Part shown: positions 23,414 to 33,683 of the stretch, one piece after another
How the letters are laid out: every line of letters begins with the position of its first letter
Position numbering within the stretch: position 1 is the first letter of the stretch
DNA from: an uncultured Clostridia bacterium
Lineage (GTDB): Bacteria > Bacillota > Clostridia > Christensenellales > CAG-917
Direction of reading: 5' to 3'
Assembly: GCA_944349635.1 (NCBI GenBank)
Contig: CALVNH010000001.1
Span: 435,688 to 499,687 of the forward strand
DNA: 64,000 nucleotides
Notes under the pieces: model-generated
Database searches by the model: none
Told to the model about the DNA's origin: nothing
The model's input: the letters and a program-made list of their open reading frames with translations, nothing else
Program-made: the position numbers and the translations under genes

Positions 23414-24172
23414 TCAGTAAATTACGGCGAACGACACGGGGACAAGCAGAGCGACGTATGCGGCGAAAGGCAACATGGATTTGGTTTTCATCAAGGAAAG
23501 GAAAAATCTGATTGCCACGCACCCCGACAAGAATGCGGCGGCAACGCCCGTCAGCAAAGGGAGTACGGACACGTCGCCCAGTCCGCCCGTCAATCCCAGT
23601 TCGACGCCCTCGTACAGAGCGGAGCCGAGAATTACGGGCACGGAGAGCAGAAAGGTAAATTCCGCCGCGCTGCTTTTTTCCACTCCGCAGAAGCGCAGAG
23701 CGGCAATGGTGGCGCCGCTTCGCGAAACGCCCGGCAGAACCGCGACTCCTTGCAAAACGCCCGTTAAAACACTCGTTTTGACGTCAAGAAACCCGTTTTT
23801 ATGCGGAACAAGTTTTTCCGTGGCAAACAGCAGAACCGCCGTCACGGCAAAGCCCAGCGGCAGATACGCTCCGTCTATCAAAGAGGGCGCAAGGTATTTG
23901 AAGAGCAGCGCGAGCGCCACGGTGGGAATGCAGGCGAGGGCGATGTAACCCGTCGTTTTGCAAAACGGTTTTTTCAGCAGATTGAGGACGGGTTGCCTCA
24001 TGCATACCAGCACGGAAAGCAGAGTGCCCAGGTGAAGGCAGATGTTGAAAAACAGGTCTTCTTCGCCGATTCCCGCCTTTTCCAGCAGCAGGAGATGTCC
24101 CGACGAGGACACGGGCAGGAATTCGCCCGCCCCTTGCACGAGTCCCAGAATAAGCGCGTGGAGTATTTCCAT
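23414..24172 (-). CDS. uppP: Undecaprenyl-diphosphatase (BacA)
   Basis: GLVQGAGEFLPVSSSGHL and PGVSRSGATI. Confidence 0.93.
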   Translation of the reverse strand: MEILHALILGLVQGAGEFLPVSSSGHLLLLEKAGIGEEDLFFNICLHLGTLLSVLVCMRQPVLNLLKKPFCKTTGYIALACIPTVALALLFKYLAPSLIDGAYLPLGFAVTAVLLFATEKLVPHKNGFLDVKTSVLTGVLQGVAVLPGVSRSGATIAALRFCGVEKSSAAEFTFLLSVPVILGSALYEGVELGLTGGLGDVSVLPLLTGVAAAFLSGCVAIRFFLSLMKTKSMLPFAAYVALLVPVSFAVIY

Positions 24173-24292
24173 ATTTCCCCCCCGATTGTCCGTGTTTTCG
24201 TTTATTTTCTTTACTAATTACGAAAGTTGTTTTATAATCGATTTACTTTATTAAAGAGCGTCGGCGGATAGAACTCCGCCCGAGAGGTGAAA

Positions 24293-25375
24293 ATGAAACT
24301 CGGCGTCGTCGGATTGCCCAATGTTGGCAAAAGCACTCTTTTCAACGCAATTACCAAGGCGGGAGCGCAAGCCGCGAATTACGCTTTTTGCACGATAGAA
24401 CCCAATGTCGGCGTGGTTGCCGTCCCCGACGAGAGACTGGAAAAACTCGCCGCGCTTTACGACAGCAAAAAAATCACGCCCACCACGTTGGAATTCGTGG
24501 ACATAGCGGGGCTTGTGAAAGGCGCAAGCAAAGGGGAGGGTCTCGGCAACAAATTTCTTTCTCATATCAGGGAAGTGGACGCAATCGTGCACGTTGTGAG
24601 ATGTTTCGACGACGAAAACATCATTCACGTCGACGGCTCGGTGAATCCCGTCCGCGACATGGAAACGATAAACCTCGAACTGATTTTCGCCGACCTCGAA
24701 ACGCTGGAAAGGCGCATGGGCAAGGCTCAGACCATGCTCAAGGCCGACAAGAAGTACGCCGAAGACGTCGACAGACTTTCGGCAATGCAGAAGTGGCTTG
24801 AAGAAGGAAAGCCCTTGCGCTCAATGTCCGTCAACGAGGAATTCAAAGCCTTCATCGACGAACAGTTCCTGTTGACGGCAAAGCCCGTGATTTACGTTGC
24901 CAACACCGACGAGAGCGGAATGGGCGGCAACGAATACACCGCGCAGGTCGAGAAAGAAGCGGCAAAAGAAGGCGCGGGTTGCATAGTGCTTTGCGCGAAG
25001 CTCGAAGAGGATTTGTCCGAACTCGACGATGAAGAACGCGCAATGTTCATGGAAGAGTACGGGCTGAAAGAGAGCGGGCTCGACAAGTTGGTGTCCGCGT
25101 CGTATAAACTGCTCGGGCTCATAAGCTATCTCACCGCGGGCGAAAAGGAAACCAGGGCGTGGACGATAACCAAGGGCACCAAGGCACCCCAGGCGGCGGG
25201 CAAAATCCACAGCGATTTCGAGAAAGGATTCATTCGCGCCGAAATCGTGGATTACAAAACGCTGTTGGAATGCGGGTCTTTCGCCGCGGCGAAAGAGAAG
25301 GGCAAGGTTCGCAGCGAAGGCAAGGACTATGTGATGCAGGACGATGACGTGGTGCTGTTCAGATTCAACGTCTGA
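24293..25375 (+). CDS. ychF: Redox-regulated ATPase YchF
   Basis: GLPNVGKST, CTIEPN, DIAGLVKGASKGEGLGNKFL and C-terminal FRFNV. Confidence 0.96.
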   Translation: MKLGVVGLPNVGKSTLFNAITKAGAQAANYAFCTIEPNVGVVAVPDERLEKLAALYDSKKITPTTLEFVDIAGLVKGASKGEGLGNKFLSHIREVDAIVHVVRCFDDENIIHVDGSVNPVRDMETINLELIFADLETLERRMGKAQTMLKADKKYAEDVDRLSAMQKWLEEGKPLRSMSVNEEFKAFIDEQFLLTAKPVIYVANTDESGMGGNEYTAQVEKEAAKEGAGCIVLCAKLEEDLSELDDEERAMFMEEYGLKESGLDKLVSASYKLLGLISYLTAGEKETRAWTITKGTKAPQAAGKIHSDFEKGFIRAEIVDYKTLLECGSFAAAKEKGKVRSEGKDYVMQDDDVVLFRFNV

Positions 25376-25456
25376 CAACGAATGCGCCGTCCCGCGCGAA
25401 AGGCGGACGGCAAAACGGATTTGAAAGCGGAGCGCGACAAGCGCGCGGAGAAAGAT

Positions 25457-27148
25457 ATGTTCGAAAAGGAAATAGCGGAAAAAATAGCAGGAGCAAGCGT
25501 TCTCGACGCGGAAGAAATCCGCGCCGCACTCGAAGTTCCCAAGGACGGCAGAATGGGCGACCTCGCCCTGCCGTGCTTCAAATTCGCGGGCAAGTTGCGC
25601 AAGGCGCCCGCGGCAATCGCCGCGGAACTCTCTGCCGCTCTCGACGGTTTGAACGTCATAGGCAAAAAGGAAATCGTGGGAGGGTATCTCAACCTGTTTT
25701 TCGACAGGGAAGCCGTCGTCGGAAAACTTGCGGAGCTCTCTTCCTGGGACGGCGTCGCCACCCGCGGGGAGCGCGAGGGCGCAGGGAAAACCGTCTGCAT
25801 AGATTACAGTTCCGTCAACATTGCCAAACCTTTTCACATCGGGCACCTGTCCACAACGGTGATAGGCGGCGCACTATACAGGATTTTCGGGTATCTCGGC
25901 TATACCGTCGTGGGAATCAATCACCTGGGGGACTGGGGAACTCAGTTCGGCAAGCTGATTGTGGCCGTGCGTTCCTGGTCCACGCTCGACGAAGTGCGCG
26001 GCAAGGACGAATATTTCCTCAATTCGCTGTACGTTCGCTATCACAAGGAAGCGGAAACTCATCCGGAAATGGACGACGAAGCCCGCGCCTGGTTCAAACG
26101 GATAGAGGACGGCGACCCCGAAGCCAACGAGTATTTCGACGTATTCCGCGAAGTGACGATGCGCGCCGTTGAGAAAATATACAAGCGGTTGAAAATCCGC
26201 TTCGATTCCTATGCGGGCGAGAGCTTTTACAACGACAAAATGCAGCCCTGCCTCGACATTCTGAGGGAGAAAGGACTGCTCACGGAATCGGACGGAGCAC
26301 AGGTGGTGCGCCTGGACGATTACGACATGCCTCCCTGCCTGCTGGTCAAGGCGGACGGCGCCACGTTGTATGCCACGCGCGACATCGCGGCGGCGTATTA
26401 CCGCAAGCAGACCTACGATTTTTACAAGTGCCTGTATGTTGTGGCTTATCAGCAGAATCTGCACTTCAAACAGCTGTTTAAGGTGCTTGAACTCATGGAT
26501 TTTGCGGGTGCAAAGGATATGGAGCATATCGCTTTCGGCATGGTTTCGTTGGAAGACGGTGCGATGTCCACGCGCGGCGGAAGAGTCGTATGGCTTGCCG
26601 AAGTGCTGGACAAGGCGGTGGAAAAGGCCTACAACATCGTCAACGAAAAGAATCCCGACCTTGCCGACAAGGACAAAATCGCCGAGAGCGTCGGCGTGGG
26701 CGCGGTGGTGTTCTCCGCGCTGTGGAACAACAGAATCAAGGACATAGTGTTTTCTTTCGACAAGGTACTCAACTTCGACGGCGAAACCGCGCCTTATGTA
26801 CAGTACACACACGCCCGTTGCGTCAGCGCGTTGCGCAAGGGGGGCGCATACAATATCGCGGAGGCGGACTGGTCCGCCGTGGCGTCGAACGAAGGTTACG
26901 AGGTGGCGAAATGCCTGTTGTCTTTCGAGGACGTCGTGAGAACGGCGGCGCGCCTGCGCGAACCCTGTCACGTAACCCGTTACACCGTGGAACTTGCCGA
27001 GAAGTTCAACCGCTTTTACATCGGCCACCGCATAGTGGTCGAGGACAAGGGCGTGATGAACGCAAGACTTTTCCTCACGGATTGTGTGGAAAAGACGCTT
27101 CGGGTTGCGTTGCGTCTGGTGGGGATAGACGCGCCCGACTGTATGTAA
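25457..27148 (+). CDS. argS: Arginine--tRNA ligase
   Basis: [39 protein letters not shown] and terminal Met. Confidence 0.96.
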   Translation: MFEKEIAEKIAGASVLDAEEIRAALEVPKDGRMGDLALPCFKFAGKLRKAPAAIAAELSAALDGLNVIGKKEIVGGYLNLFFDREAVVGKLAELSSWDGVATRGEREGAGKTVCIDYSSVNIAKPFHIGHLSTTVIGGALYRIFGYLGYTVVGINHLGDWGTQFGKLIVAVRSWSTLDEVRGKDEYFLNSLYVRYHKEAETHPEMDDEARAWFKRIEDGDPEANEYFDVFREVTMRAVEKIYKRLKIRFDSYAGESFYNDKMQPCLDILREKGLLTESDGAQVVRLDDYDMPPCLLVKADGATLYATRDIAAAYYRKQTYDFYKCLYVVAYQQNLHFKQLFKVLELMDFAGAKDMEHIAFGMVSLEDGAMSTRGGRVVWLAEVLDKAVEKAYNIVNEKNPDLADKDKIAESVGVGAVVFSALWNNRIKDIVFSFDKVLNFDGETAPYVQYTHARCVSALRKGGAYNIAEADWSAVASNEGYEVAKCLLSFEDVVRTAARLREPCHVTRYTVELAEKFNRFYIGHRIVVEDKGVMNARLFLTDCVEKTLRVALRLVGIDAPDCM

Positions 27149-27237
27149 ACGGAAAAACCGGGGCGGCGGGAGCCGCTCCCGAAATTCTCTTTTGCCGCCG
27201 CTGTCGTTTTCAAGTGAGCGCTGTGTGCTCAAAACAG

Positions 27238-27267
27238 TTGACAGACAGGGCGGTTTTTACTTATAAT
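27238..27267 (+). promoter_or_regulatory. sigA promoter of the rpmH operon
   Basis: TTGACA-18-TATAAT. Confidence 0.65.
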
Positions 27268-27393
27268 TACACAGTATATTTTCGTTTCGCGCACGCGTAC
27301 GGATACGGGCGGTCAAATTTACTTTACCGCATTTTACGGCGTCGGGCGGAACGTACCGAGACTATAATGAGGGCGTTGCCCTTGGAGGCTGAA

Positions 27394-27528
27394 ATGAAGC
27401 AAACTTATCAACCCAAGAAAAGACAGAGAAGCAAAGTTCACGGATTCCGCGAGAGAATGAAGTCCACCAGCGGCAGAAAGGTTCTGAAAAGACGTCGCGC
27501 CAGAGGCAGGAAGAATCTCACCGCGTAA
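27394..27528 (+). CDS. rpmH: 50S ribosomal protein L34
   Basis: [44 protein letters not shown]; GGAGG RBS. Confidence 0.97.
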   Translation: MKQTYQPKKRQRSKVHGFRERMKSTSGRKVLKRRRARGRKNLTA

Positions 27529-27534
27529 TTTTCC

Positions 27535-27870
27535 ATGAAGAGGGAGTACCGGCTTAAAAAGCGGGCGGCTTTCACTTACGTGTACAAACGCGGAGAGAAG
27601 TCGGCATCCCGCCATCTGTTGTTGCTTTGCGCAAAGTCGGGCGAAGGTTTGAAAATCGGGCTTTCCGTTTCCAAAAAAGTCGGAAACGCCGTAACCAGAA
27701 ACAGGGTAAAAAGACTGCTCCGCGAAGGGCTCCGCCCTTTGGAACAAAAAATCAATCCGTCGTTTATGTACGTGATAGTGGCTCACCCTTCCGTGGCGGA
27801 GCTTGATTATGCGGACGTCTGTGCCGAGGTGGAAAAGGTATTCCGCAGGGCAGGCAAGCTGTCGGAGTGA
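27535..27870 (+). CDS. rnpA: Ribonuclease P protein component
   Basis: RLKKR..F and GLSVSKKVGNAVTRNRVKRLLRE. Confidence 0.96.
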   Translation: MKREYRLKKRAAFTYVYKRGEKSASRHLLLLCAKSGEGLKIGLSVSKKVGNAVTRNRVKRLLREGLRPLEQKINPSFMYVIVAHPSVAELDYADVCAEVEKVFRRAGKLSE

Positions 27871-28115
27871 ACATGCGGTTCTTAGGGCATTTTCTTTTGA
27901 GGCTTTACAAGCGTACCTTATCGCCGTTTTTGGGCAATAATTGTCGGTATACTCCCACCTGTTCCATGTACGCATACGACGCGATAAGCCGTTACGGGCT
28001 TTTGGCGGGAAGCGCGATGGGGCTGTGGCGGGTGCTGAGGTGCAATCCTTTTTCCAAGGGAGGTTTCGACCCCGTGCCCGAGAATTATCGAGGAAAAATC
28101 AAATGGCTGGTCTAG
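27867..28115 (+). CDS. yidD: Membrane protein insertion efficiency factor YidD
   Basis: CRYTPTCSMY and RCNPFSKGGFDPVP. Confidence 0.94.
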   Translation: MNMRFLGHFLLRLYKRTLSPFLGNNCRYTPTCSMYAYDAISRYGLLAGSAMGLWRVLRCNPFSKGGFDPVPENYRGKIKWLV

Positions 28116-29305
28116 ATTTCAGACGCAGAAGAATGTTCTCCGTTTATGCGGTGGTCATATTGCTTGTGATATGCTGCTGCGTGCTTTCCGCTTGCGACGC
28201 CGACAGAGGCGTTTTCGACGTTTCGGGAGATACAGTCAGCGAACCCACGCATTTCATCGCGAAACTCATGTATCAGCTGAACGACAACATCAAAGTGTTC
28301 GGCTGGACGGTCATTGCATTTACCGTAATTCTCAAACTCGTGCTTTCTCCTCTCGACATCTGGCAGAAGGTCATTTCCCGTCGCAACGCAAAAGCAATGG
28401 AGCGCATGCGTCCGCAACTCGAAGCGCTTGCCGAGAAGTGCGGCGACGACAAACAACGCTATCAGCAGGAGCAGATGGCTCTTTACAAAAAAGAGAAATA
28501 TTCGATGGTGGGCGCGTGTCTGCCGTCGCTTGTCACCATCATCGTGTTCATAGTGCTGTTTGCGGGATTCCGCGAGATGGTCGGCTATCAGTTCGCGCAG
28601 GACTACAAGTCGGCGCACAACGTGTTCCAGACGTCCGTCAACCGTCAGCTCGAAGAGGAATGGGGCGTCACCGACATTTCTCTCGTCGATAAAACGGCGG
28701 AAAATGCGGAAAAGTATCAGAATATGATTTCCGTCGCGCAGGACGAAGTGTACAAGTTCTACTTCGCTCCCGAACAGAAAGAGGCGCGCGGATTTTTGTG
28801 GATTCACAACGTTTTCGTTTCCGACAGCTGGGTGGAAGGAGTCCCCGATTATCTCGTGGTTTCGGGGCAGTCGGGATTTGCCATGTCCCGAATCACCGGC
28901 GTCATGAAGGACGAATACGAGCTTGTCATGCACAAGGTCATCGGCGCGGAAGAGGCAGGCTGGGGAAAAGGCGCAAAGTGGAACGGTTGGTTGCTTTTGC
29001 CCGTGTTCTCCGTCGCGCTCAGTTTCCTTTCGCAGAAACTGCTGACCAAGTCCCAGGGTGCACCTCCTCCCTCTCCCAACGGGAAGAGTGGCGACAGCAT
29101 GCAGGCAAACATGAAAATGATGCAATATTTCATGCCGATAATGATTGGCGTGTTCGCACTGTTCTATTCCGCGGCATTTGCTCTTTATACGTTCACCAGC
29201 TCTCTGGTGGCAATCGTGTTCCAGCTCGTATTTACGTTGGTGGGCAAGATTCTCGACAAGCGAGAGGCGAGCGGCAAGGGGAAATTCGCGACGGGCAGAA
29301 GATAG
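28103..29305 (+). CDS. yidC: Membrane protein insertase YidC/SpoIIIJ (lipoprotein signal)
   Basis: LSAC lipobox, FGWTVIAFTVILK, QQEQMALYKK...GACLP, FLWIHN and MMQYFMP; operon position. Confidence 0.93.
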   Translation: MAGLDFRRRRMFSVYAVVILLVICCCVLSACDADRGVFDVSGDTVSEPTHFIAKLMYQLNDNIKVFGWTVIAFTVILKLVLSPLDIWQKVISRRNAKAMERMRPQLEALAEKCGDDKQRYQQEQMALYKKEKYSMVGACLPSLVTIIVFIVLFAGFREMVGYQFAQDYKSAHNVFQTSVNRQLEEEWGVTDISLVDKTAENAEKYQNMISVAQDEVYKFYFAPEQKEARGFLWIHNVFVSDSWVEGVPDYLVVSGQSGFAMSRITGVMKDEYELVMHKVIGAEEAGWGKGAKWNGWLLLPVFSVALSFLSQKLLTKSQGAPPPSPNGKSGDSMQANMKMMQYFMPIMIGVFALFYSAAFALYTFTSSLVAIVFQLVFTLVGKILDKREASGKGKFATGRR

Positions 29306-29312
29306 GAGTGAT

Positions 29313-30188
29313 ATGGAAAAATCGGTAACCGTCAAGGCGGGCGGCGTCGAACTTGCGACGGAAAAAGCCTTGCAGGAATTGGGAGTAAGCAAAGACAAAG
29401 TCAAAATCGAAGTTCTTTCCAAAGGAGGACTTTTCCAGAAAGCGGAAGTCAAAGTGACCGTGGTCGAAACGGTTGCGGACGCCGCGGAGGAATTCGTCAA
29501 CGGTATTCTGGAAAAAATGGGGCTCTCTTCCCGCGGACACGCGGAAGAGGAGGGCGGCGTTATCACCGTCACGGTGAGCGGAGAGGACAGCGGTTCGGCA
29601 ATCGGCTACCGCGGAGAGGCGCTGGACGCCATACAGTTTTTGACCAGAACCTACATCAATCAGGAAAAGCAGTCTTCCAAAAAAATCGTGGTCGATTGCG
29701 AGAATTACCGCGAAAAGAGGAAGGAAACGCTCACGGCACTTGCGCTCCGCCTCGCGGAAAAGGCGCACCGCACCTGCAGAAAGATTGCGTTGGAGCCCAT
29801 GAATCCGTTTGAAAGGCGCATAATCCATAGCGCTCTGTTGAACAGCGAGATAGCCGAGACTCATTCCGAAGGCGAGGACGCCCAGCGTCACGTGGTCATC
29901 GTCCCGAAGGGCGTCGAAATCCGCGAGGACCGTCCCGGAAACAGAAGAAGGGACGGAAAACGCGACGGCCGCAGAAACGGGCGCGACGGCAAAGGCGACA
30001 GAAGAGGGACCCGTTCGAAAGGAAGTTCCGACGACCGCAGAAGGCAAAGAGCCTCCCGTTCCGAAGAGGAAGAGGTTCCGGACGGCAGAGAATACCGCGG
30101 CTATTACACCGACAGCTTCACCAAGGCGGAAGCACCCAAGAGCGGTCCGCCCAAGTTCAAGAGCTTCGGAGGAACAAAGAAGTTTTGA
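29313..30188 (+). CDS. jag: Jag/EloR (KhpB) RNA-binding protein
   Basis: Jag_N, KH (IGYRGEALDAIQ) and R3H (PMNPFERRIIH) domains. Confidence 0.93.
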   Translation: MEKSVTVKAGGVELATEKALQELGVSKDKVKIEVLSKGGLFQKAEVKVTVVETVADAAEEFVNGILEKMGLSSRGHAEEEGGVITVTVSGEDSGSAIGYRGEALDAIQFLTRTYINQEKQSSKKIVVDCENYREKRKETLTALALRLAEKAHRTCRKIALEPMNPFERRIIHSALLNSEIAETHSEGEDAQRHVVIVPKGVEIREDRPGNRRRDGKRDGRRNGRDGKGDRRGTRSKGSSDDRRRQRASRSEEEEVPDGREYRGYYTDSFTKAEAPKSGPPKFKSFGGTKKF

Positions 30189-30189
30189 T

Positions 30190-31512
30190 ATGAGCACGAT
30201 AGCGGCCATTTCCACACCGGTAGGAGCAGGTGGTATCGGCATTTTGCGTGTGTCCGGAGAGGACGCGCTGAAAATAGCCGATGCCATTTTTGTTTGCAAG
30301 AAAAAGTCCGCGGCGGAAACGTTGAGGCAAAATCCTCTCAAACTCTGCTTCGGCGATTTCATCGCGGAGGACTTCCGCGACAGAGGTTACGCCGTCTATT
30401 TCCCCGCCGACAAGGCTTACACGGGAGAGGAAACGACGGAGTTTTATCTTCACGGCGGCGTCCGCATAATGCAGGGCGCTCTGGCGGCGGCGGTTGCCGC
30501 GGGTGCGCGCATGGCGGAACGAGGTGAGTTTACCAAGCGCGCCTTTCTTGCCGGCAGAATGTCGCTTGCCGACGCCGAGGGCGTTGCCGATATGATAAAC
30601 GCGGAGAGCGCGGCGGGTCTGCGTGCCGCTTACCGCCTTATGGACGGCAGCGTGGCGAAACGCATCAACGTCATCGCGGACAGATTGCTGGAAGTCATGA
30701 CGGGGCTGGAAGCCGTGTTGGATTATCCGGAAGAGACGGAAGACGAGGTTCTGCCGCCCCTCGGCGGAGAGCTTGAAGGTTTGCTGTCGGAAGTCGACTC
30801 GCTCATTTCCACGGCGCGTCGCGGGCGCATAGCCAAACACGGCATAACCGCCGTGCTTGCAGGCAGACCGAATGCGGGCAAGTCCTCGTTGATGAACGCT
30901 TTGCTGGGAGAGGACCGTGCGATAGTCACCGCCGTGGCCGGCACGACGAGAGATACCGTCGAAGGCAGTTTTGAGTGTGACGGCGTGCGCGTTAATCTGA
31001 TTGATACCGCGGGACTCAGGCAGAGCAACGACGTTGTGGAGAGCATGGGAATTTCACGTGCGGTGCAGGCGGCGAGAAATGCAGACGTGGTGTTGCTTGT
31101 CACGGACACGACGCGGGAGGATGACGGAGAGTATGACTTCGGCGGCGTGCGCGTGTTCAGAATAAGGAACAAATGCGACCTCACGTCCTATGCATGTCCG
31201 CGCATGCGGGATTGCTTTGCGGTGAGCGCAAAAGAGGGCGTGAATGTGGAGCAGTTGCGTCATGCCATTGCCGCGCTGTACAAGGAAGGCGAAGTCGCAG
31301 GAGAAGAGCTCATAACGTCGGAAAGACACGTTTCGGCACTTTATCGCGCAAAAAGCGCGCTTAAAAGCGCGATTGAAGCAATAGACGGCACGGTGGACTG
31401 TGTGCTCGTCGATTTGAGGGAAGCATACGAAGCGTTGGGTGAAATCACGGGGAGAACCGCGACGGAGTCAATCGTCGACAACATTTTCAGCAAGTTTTGC
31501 GTGGGCAAATAA
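30190..31512 (+). CDS. mnmE: tRNA modification GTPase MnmE
   Basis: TIAAISTP, GRPNAGKSS, GTTRD, DTAG, NKCD and FCVGK. Confidence 0.96.
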   Translation: MSTIAAISTPVGAGGIGILRVSGEDALKIADAIFVCKKKSAAETLRQNPLKLCFGDFIAEDFRDRGYAVYFPADKAYTGEETTEFYLHGGVRIMQGALAAAVAAGARMAERGEFTKRAFLAGRMSLADAEGVADMINAESAAGLRAAYRLMDGSVAKRINVIADRLLEVMTGLEAVLDYPEETEDEVLPPLGGELEGLLSEVDSLISTARRGRIAKHGITAVLAGRPNAGKSSLMNALLGEDRAIVTAVAGTTRDTVEGSFECDGVRVNLIDTAGLRQSNDVVESMGISRAVQAARNADVVLLVTDTTREDDGEYDFGGVRVFRIRNKCDLTSYACPRMRDCFAVSAKEGVNVEQLRHAIAALYKEGEVAGEELITSERHVSALYRAKSALKSAIEAIDGTVDCVLVDLREAYEALGEITGRTATESIVDNIFSKFCVGK

Positions 31513-31532
31513 CCTGCGCGCTCGGAGAAAGA

Positions 31533-33377
31533 ATGGAAAAATTCGAAGTCGTCGTCGTAGGCGGCGGACACGCCGGCGTCGAAGCCGCGCTCGCTTCCGC
31601 CCGCAAGGGACACAGGACTCTGCTTCTGTGCCTCGATTTCGGCACGGTTTCCATGATGGCTTGCAATCCCGCAATCGGCGGCACGGCGAAAGGACATCTC
31701 GTGAGAGAAATAGACGCTCTGGGCGGCGAGATGGGTCTGGTTGCCGACCGTTCGTTGGTGCAGATAAAAATGTTGAACACGGCAAAGGGACCCGCCGTGT
31801 TTTCGCTTCGCGGACAGCAGGATAAAAAGCTGTACCAGAAAGAGATGATGGACGTGCTTCTCGCAACGGAGAACCTCACCGTAGCGGAAGGGGAATGTTC
31901 CGCAGTGCTGTCGAGCGGCGGAGTCGTGAACGGTGTGGCTCTGGCTTCGGGAGAAAGATTCGGCGCAGACGCGGTGGTGCTTGCCACGGGCGTCTATCTC
32001 AACGGCAAGGTCATCATCGGCGAATATTCCAAAAGTTCGGGTCCGTCGGGACATGCCCCCGCCACAAAGCTCACGACAAGTCTTATGGATTCCGGATTGC
32101 CCGTGCGCAGGTTCAAAACGGGCACGCCCGCAAGAATTTACCGCGATTCCATAGATTACGACGAAATGGAAATTCAGTGGGGAGAGTGCACGGACAGGTT
32201 TTCTTTCATGTCGCCGCGTTCCACGTTCGAGGAAGAGCCGTGTTATCTCACCTACACCAACGCACGCACGCACGAAATCATTTTGGAAAACATACACCGC
32301 AGCCCTCTGTATAACGGCAGCATAAGCGGAATCGGTCCGAGGTATTGTCCTTCGATTGAGGACAAAATCATGCGGTTCAGAGACAAGGAACGTCATCAGA
32401 TTTTCGTGGAGCCAGAGGGAAGAGGGAGCGCGGAAATGTACATTCAGGGAATGAGCAGTTCTCTGCCGCACGACGTGCAGGAGAAGATGTATCGCACCTT
32501 GCCGGGGCTTCGCAGATGCAGATTCGCAAAGTACGCCTACGCCATAGAGTACGATTGCATAGACCCTCTCTCGCTGTTGCCCTCGCTGGAAAGCAAGGTG
32601 ATAAAGAATCTCTATCTTGCCGGACAAATCAACGGAAGCAGCGGCTACGAAGAGGCGGCGGCACAGGGGCTTATCGCGGGGCTGAACGCGGCGTTGAGGC
32701 TTGAAGGACGCGCACCGCTGATTCTGGGGCGGGACGAGGCGTATATCGGTGTGCTGATAGACGATTTGGTGACGAAGGGCACCAACGAGCCGTACAGAAT
32801 GATGACGGCAAGGGCGGAGCACAGAATCAAATTGCGGCAGGACAACGCGGATATGCGTCTGACGGCAAAAGGATACGAGGCGGGACTCGTCACGGAAGAG
32901 AGAATGGCGCGCACGGAAAAAAAGCGCGGGGAAATAGCCGCGGTGCTTGCCTCCGCCGACAAGCCGTTGCCCGCCGACGGAGCCGCAAGACTGCTTGCGA
33001 AACTGGGAGAGGACGCTCCGCAGAAGCCTCTGACTTTAGGCGACGCGGCGCGGCGTCCGAAAGTCACGGGTGCCGACCTCAAAGAATTCGTCGGCGCGGA
33101 ATATTCGGACGAAGCGTTGGAAGCCGCCGTGGTGGAAATGAAATATGCAGGCTATCTCAAAAAGCAGGAGAGCGCAATCGCAGAGCAAAAGAGACTCGAA
33201 AGCAGAGAATTGCCCCTCGACACCGATTATCTTTCCATATCCGCACTGAGGCTGGAAGCCAGGCAGAAGCTGGACAGAATCCGTCCTCTCAACCTCGGAC
33301 AGGCGTCCAGAATTTCGGGAGTTTCTCCCGCAGACATTGCCGTGCTCATAGTGTATCTTTCCAGACAGGGCAGATAG
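31533..33377 (+). CDS. mnmG: tRNA uridine-5-carboxymethylaminomethyl enzyme MnmG (GidA)
   Basis: VVGGGHAGVEAA, CNPAIGG, GPRYCPSIEDK and GQINGSSGYEEAAAQG. Confidence 0.97.
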   Translation: MEKFEVVVVGGGHAGVEAALASARKGHRTLLLCLDFGTVSMMACNPAIGGTAKGHLVREIDALGGEMGLVADRSLVQIKMLNTAKGPAVFSLRGQQDKKLYQKEMMDVLLATENLTVAEGECSAVLSSGGVVNGVALASGERFGADAVVLATGVYLNGKVIIGEYSKSSGPSGHAPATKLTTSLMDSGLPVRRFKTGTPARIYRDSIDYDEMEIQWGECTDRFSFMSPRSTFEEEPCYLTYTNARTHEIILENIHRSPLYNGSISGIGPRYCPSIEDKIMRFRDKERHQIFVEPEGRGSAEMYIQGMSSSLPHDVQEKMYRTLPGLRRCRFAKYAYAIEYDCIDPLSLLPSLESKVIKNLYLAGQINGSSGYEEAAAQGLIAGLNAALRLEGRAPLILGRDEAYIGVLIDDLVTKGTNEPYRMMTARAEHRIKLRQDNADMRLTAKGYEAGLVTEERMARTEKKRGEIAAVLASADKPLPADGAARLLAKLGEDAPQKPLTLGDAARRPKVTGADLKEFVGAEYSDEALEAAVVEMKYAGYLKKQESAIAEQKRLESRELPLDTDYLSISALRLEARQKLDRIRPLNLGQASRISGVSPADIAVLIVYLSRQGR

Positions 33378-33577
33378 CGCGGTTCGGGTTTCCGGAATCG
33401 CGAGGAGTGCAACGGAAACAAACCTGTCGGAAAACAAGACATACAAGCACCCCGCCGAAGCGGGGTGTTCTGATTCGTCGGGAGTGTACCGCAAAGCAAT
33501 TCTCCGAAAAGAAACCGAAGTCGCGGGGAGTGCAAGTCTGCGGGGCGGCGGAGAGAACGTTGTGTCGGAAAAGTTCC

Positions 33578-33683
33578 GCAAAAGCAAAGAGCGCAGAGTC
33601 GAAACTCTGCGTCCTTTGCTATGATAAGGGGGAAAATTATGAGCGGGATTTGATGTAACGGGAACATTTTGTTCCTGATTACG
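33578..33683 (-). ncRNA. Candidate small RNA (~105 nt)
   Basis: Minus-strand TTGACA(33717-33712)-17-TATTAT(33694-33689) with TG extension; 5' hairpin; C-rich linker; strong terminator at 33583-33620 plus U-tract; no credible ORF. Confidence 0.65.

Noticed and set aside
25376-25456. T-box or riboswitch leaders before argS, asnS, gltX and mtnN
   Set aside because: Leaders are too short and lack the T-box or SAM consensus.
31049-31064. Partial parS-like CACGTG words inside mnmE (and near 3870)
   Set aside because: Only half-site matches, within coding sequence.
33661-33675. GGAAC-N5-GTTCC as a LexA (Cheo) box
   Set aside because: The Firmicute SOS box has a 4-bp spacer and this has 5; it is better explained as the sRNA 5' hairpin.
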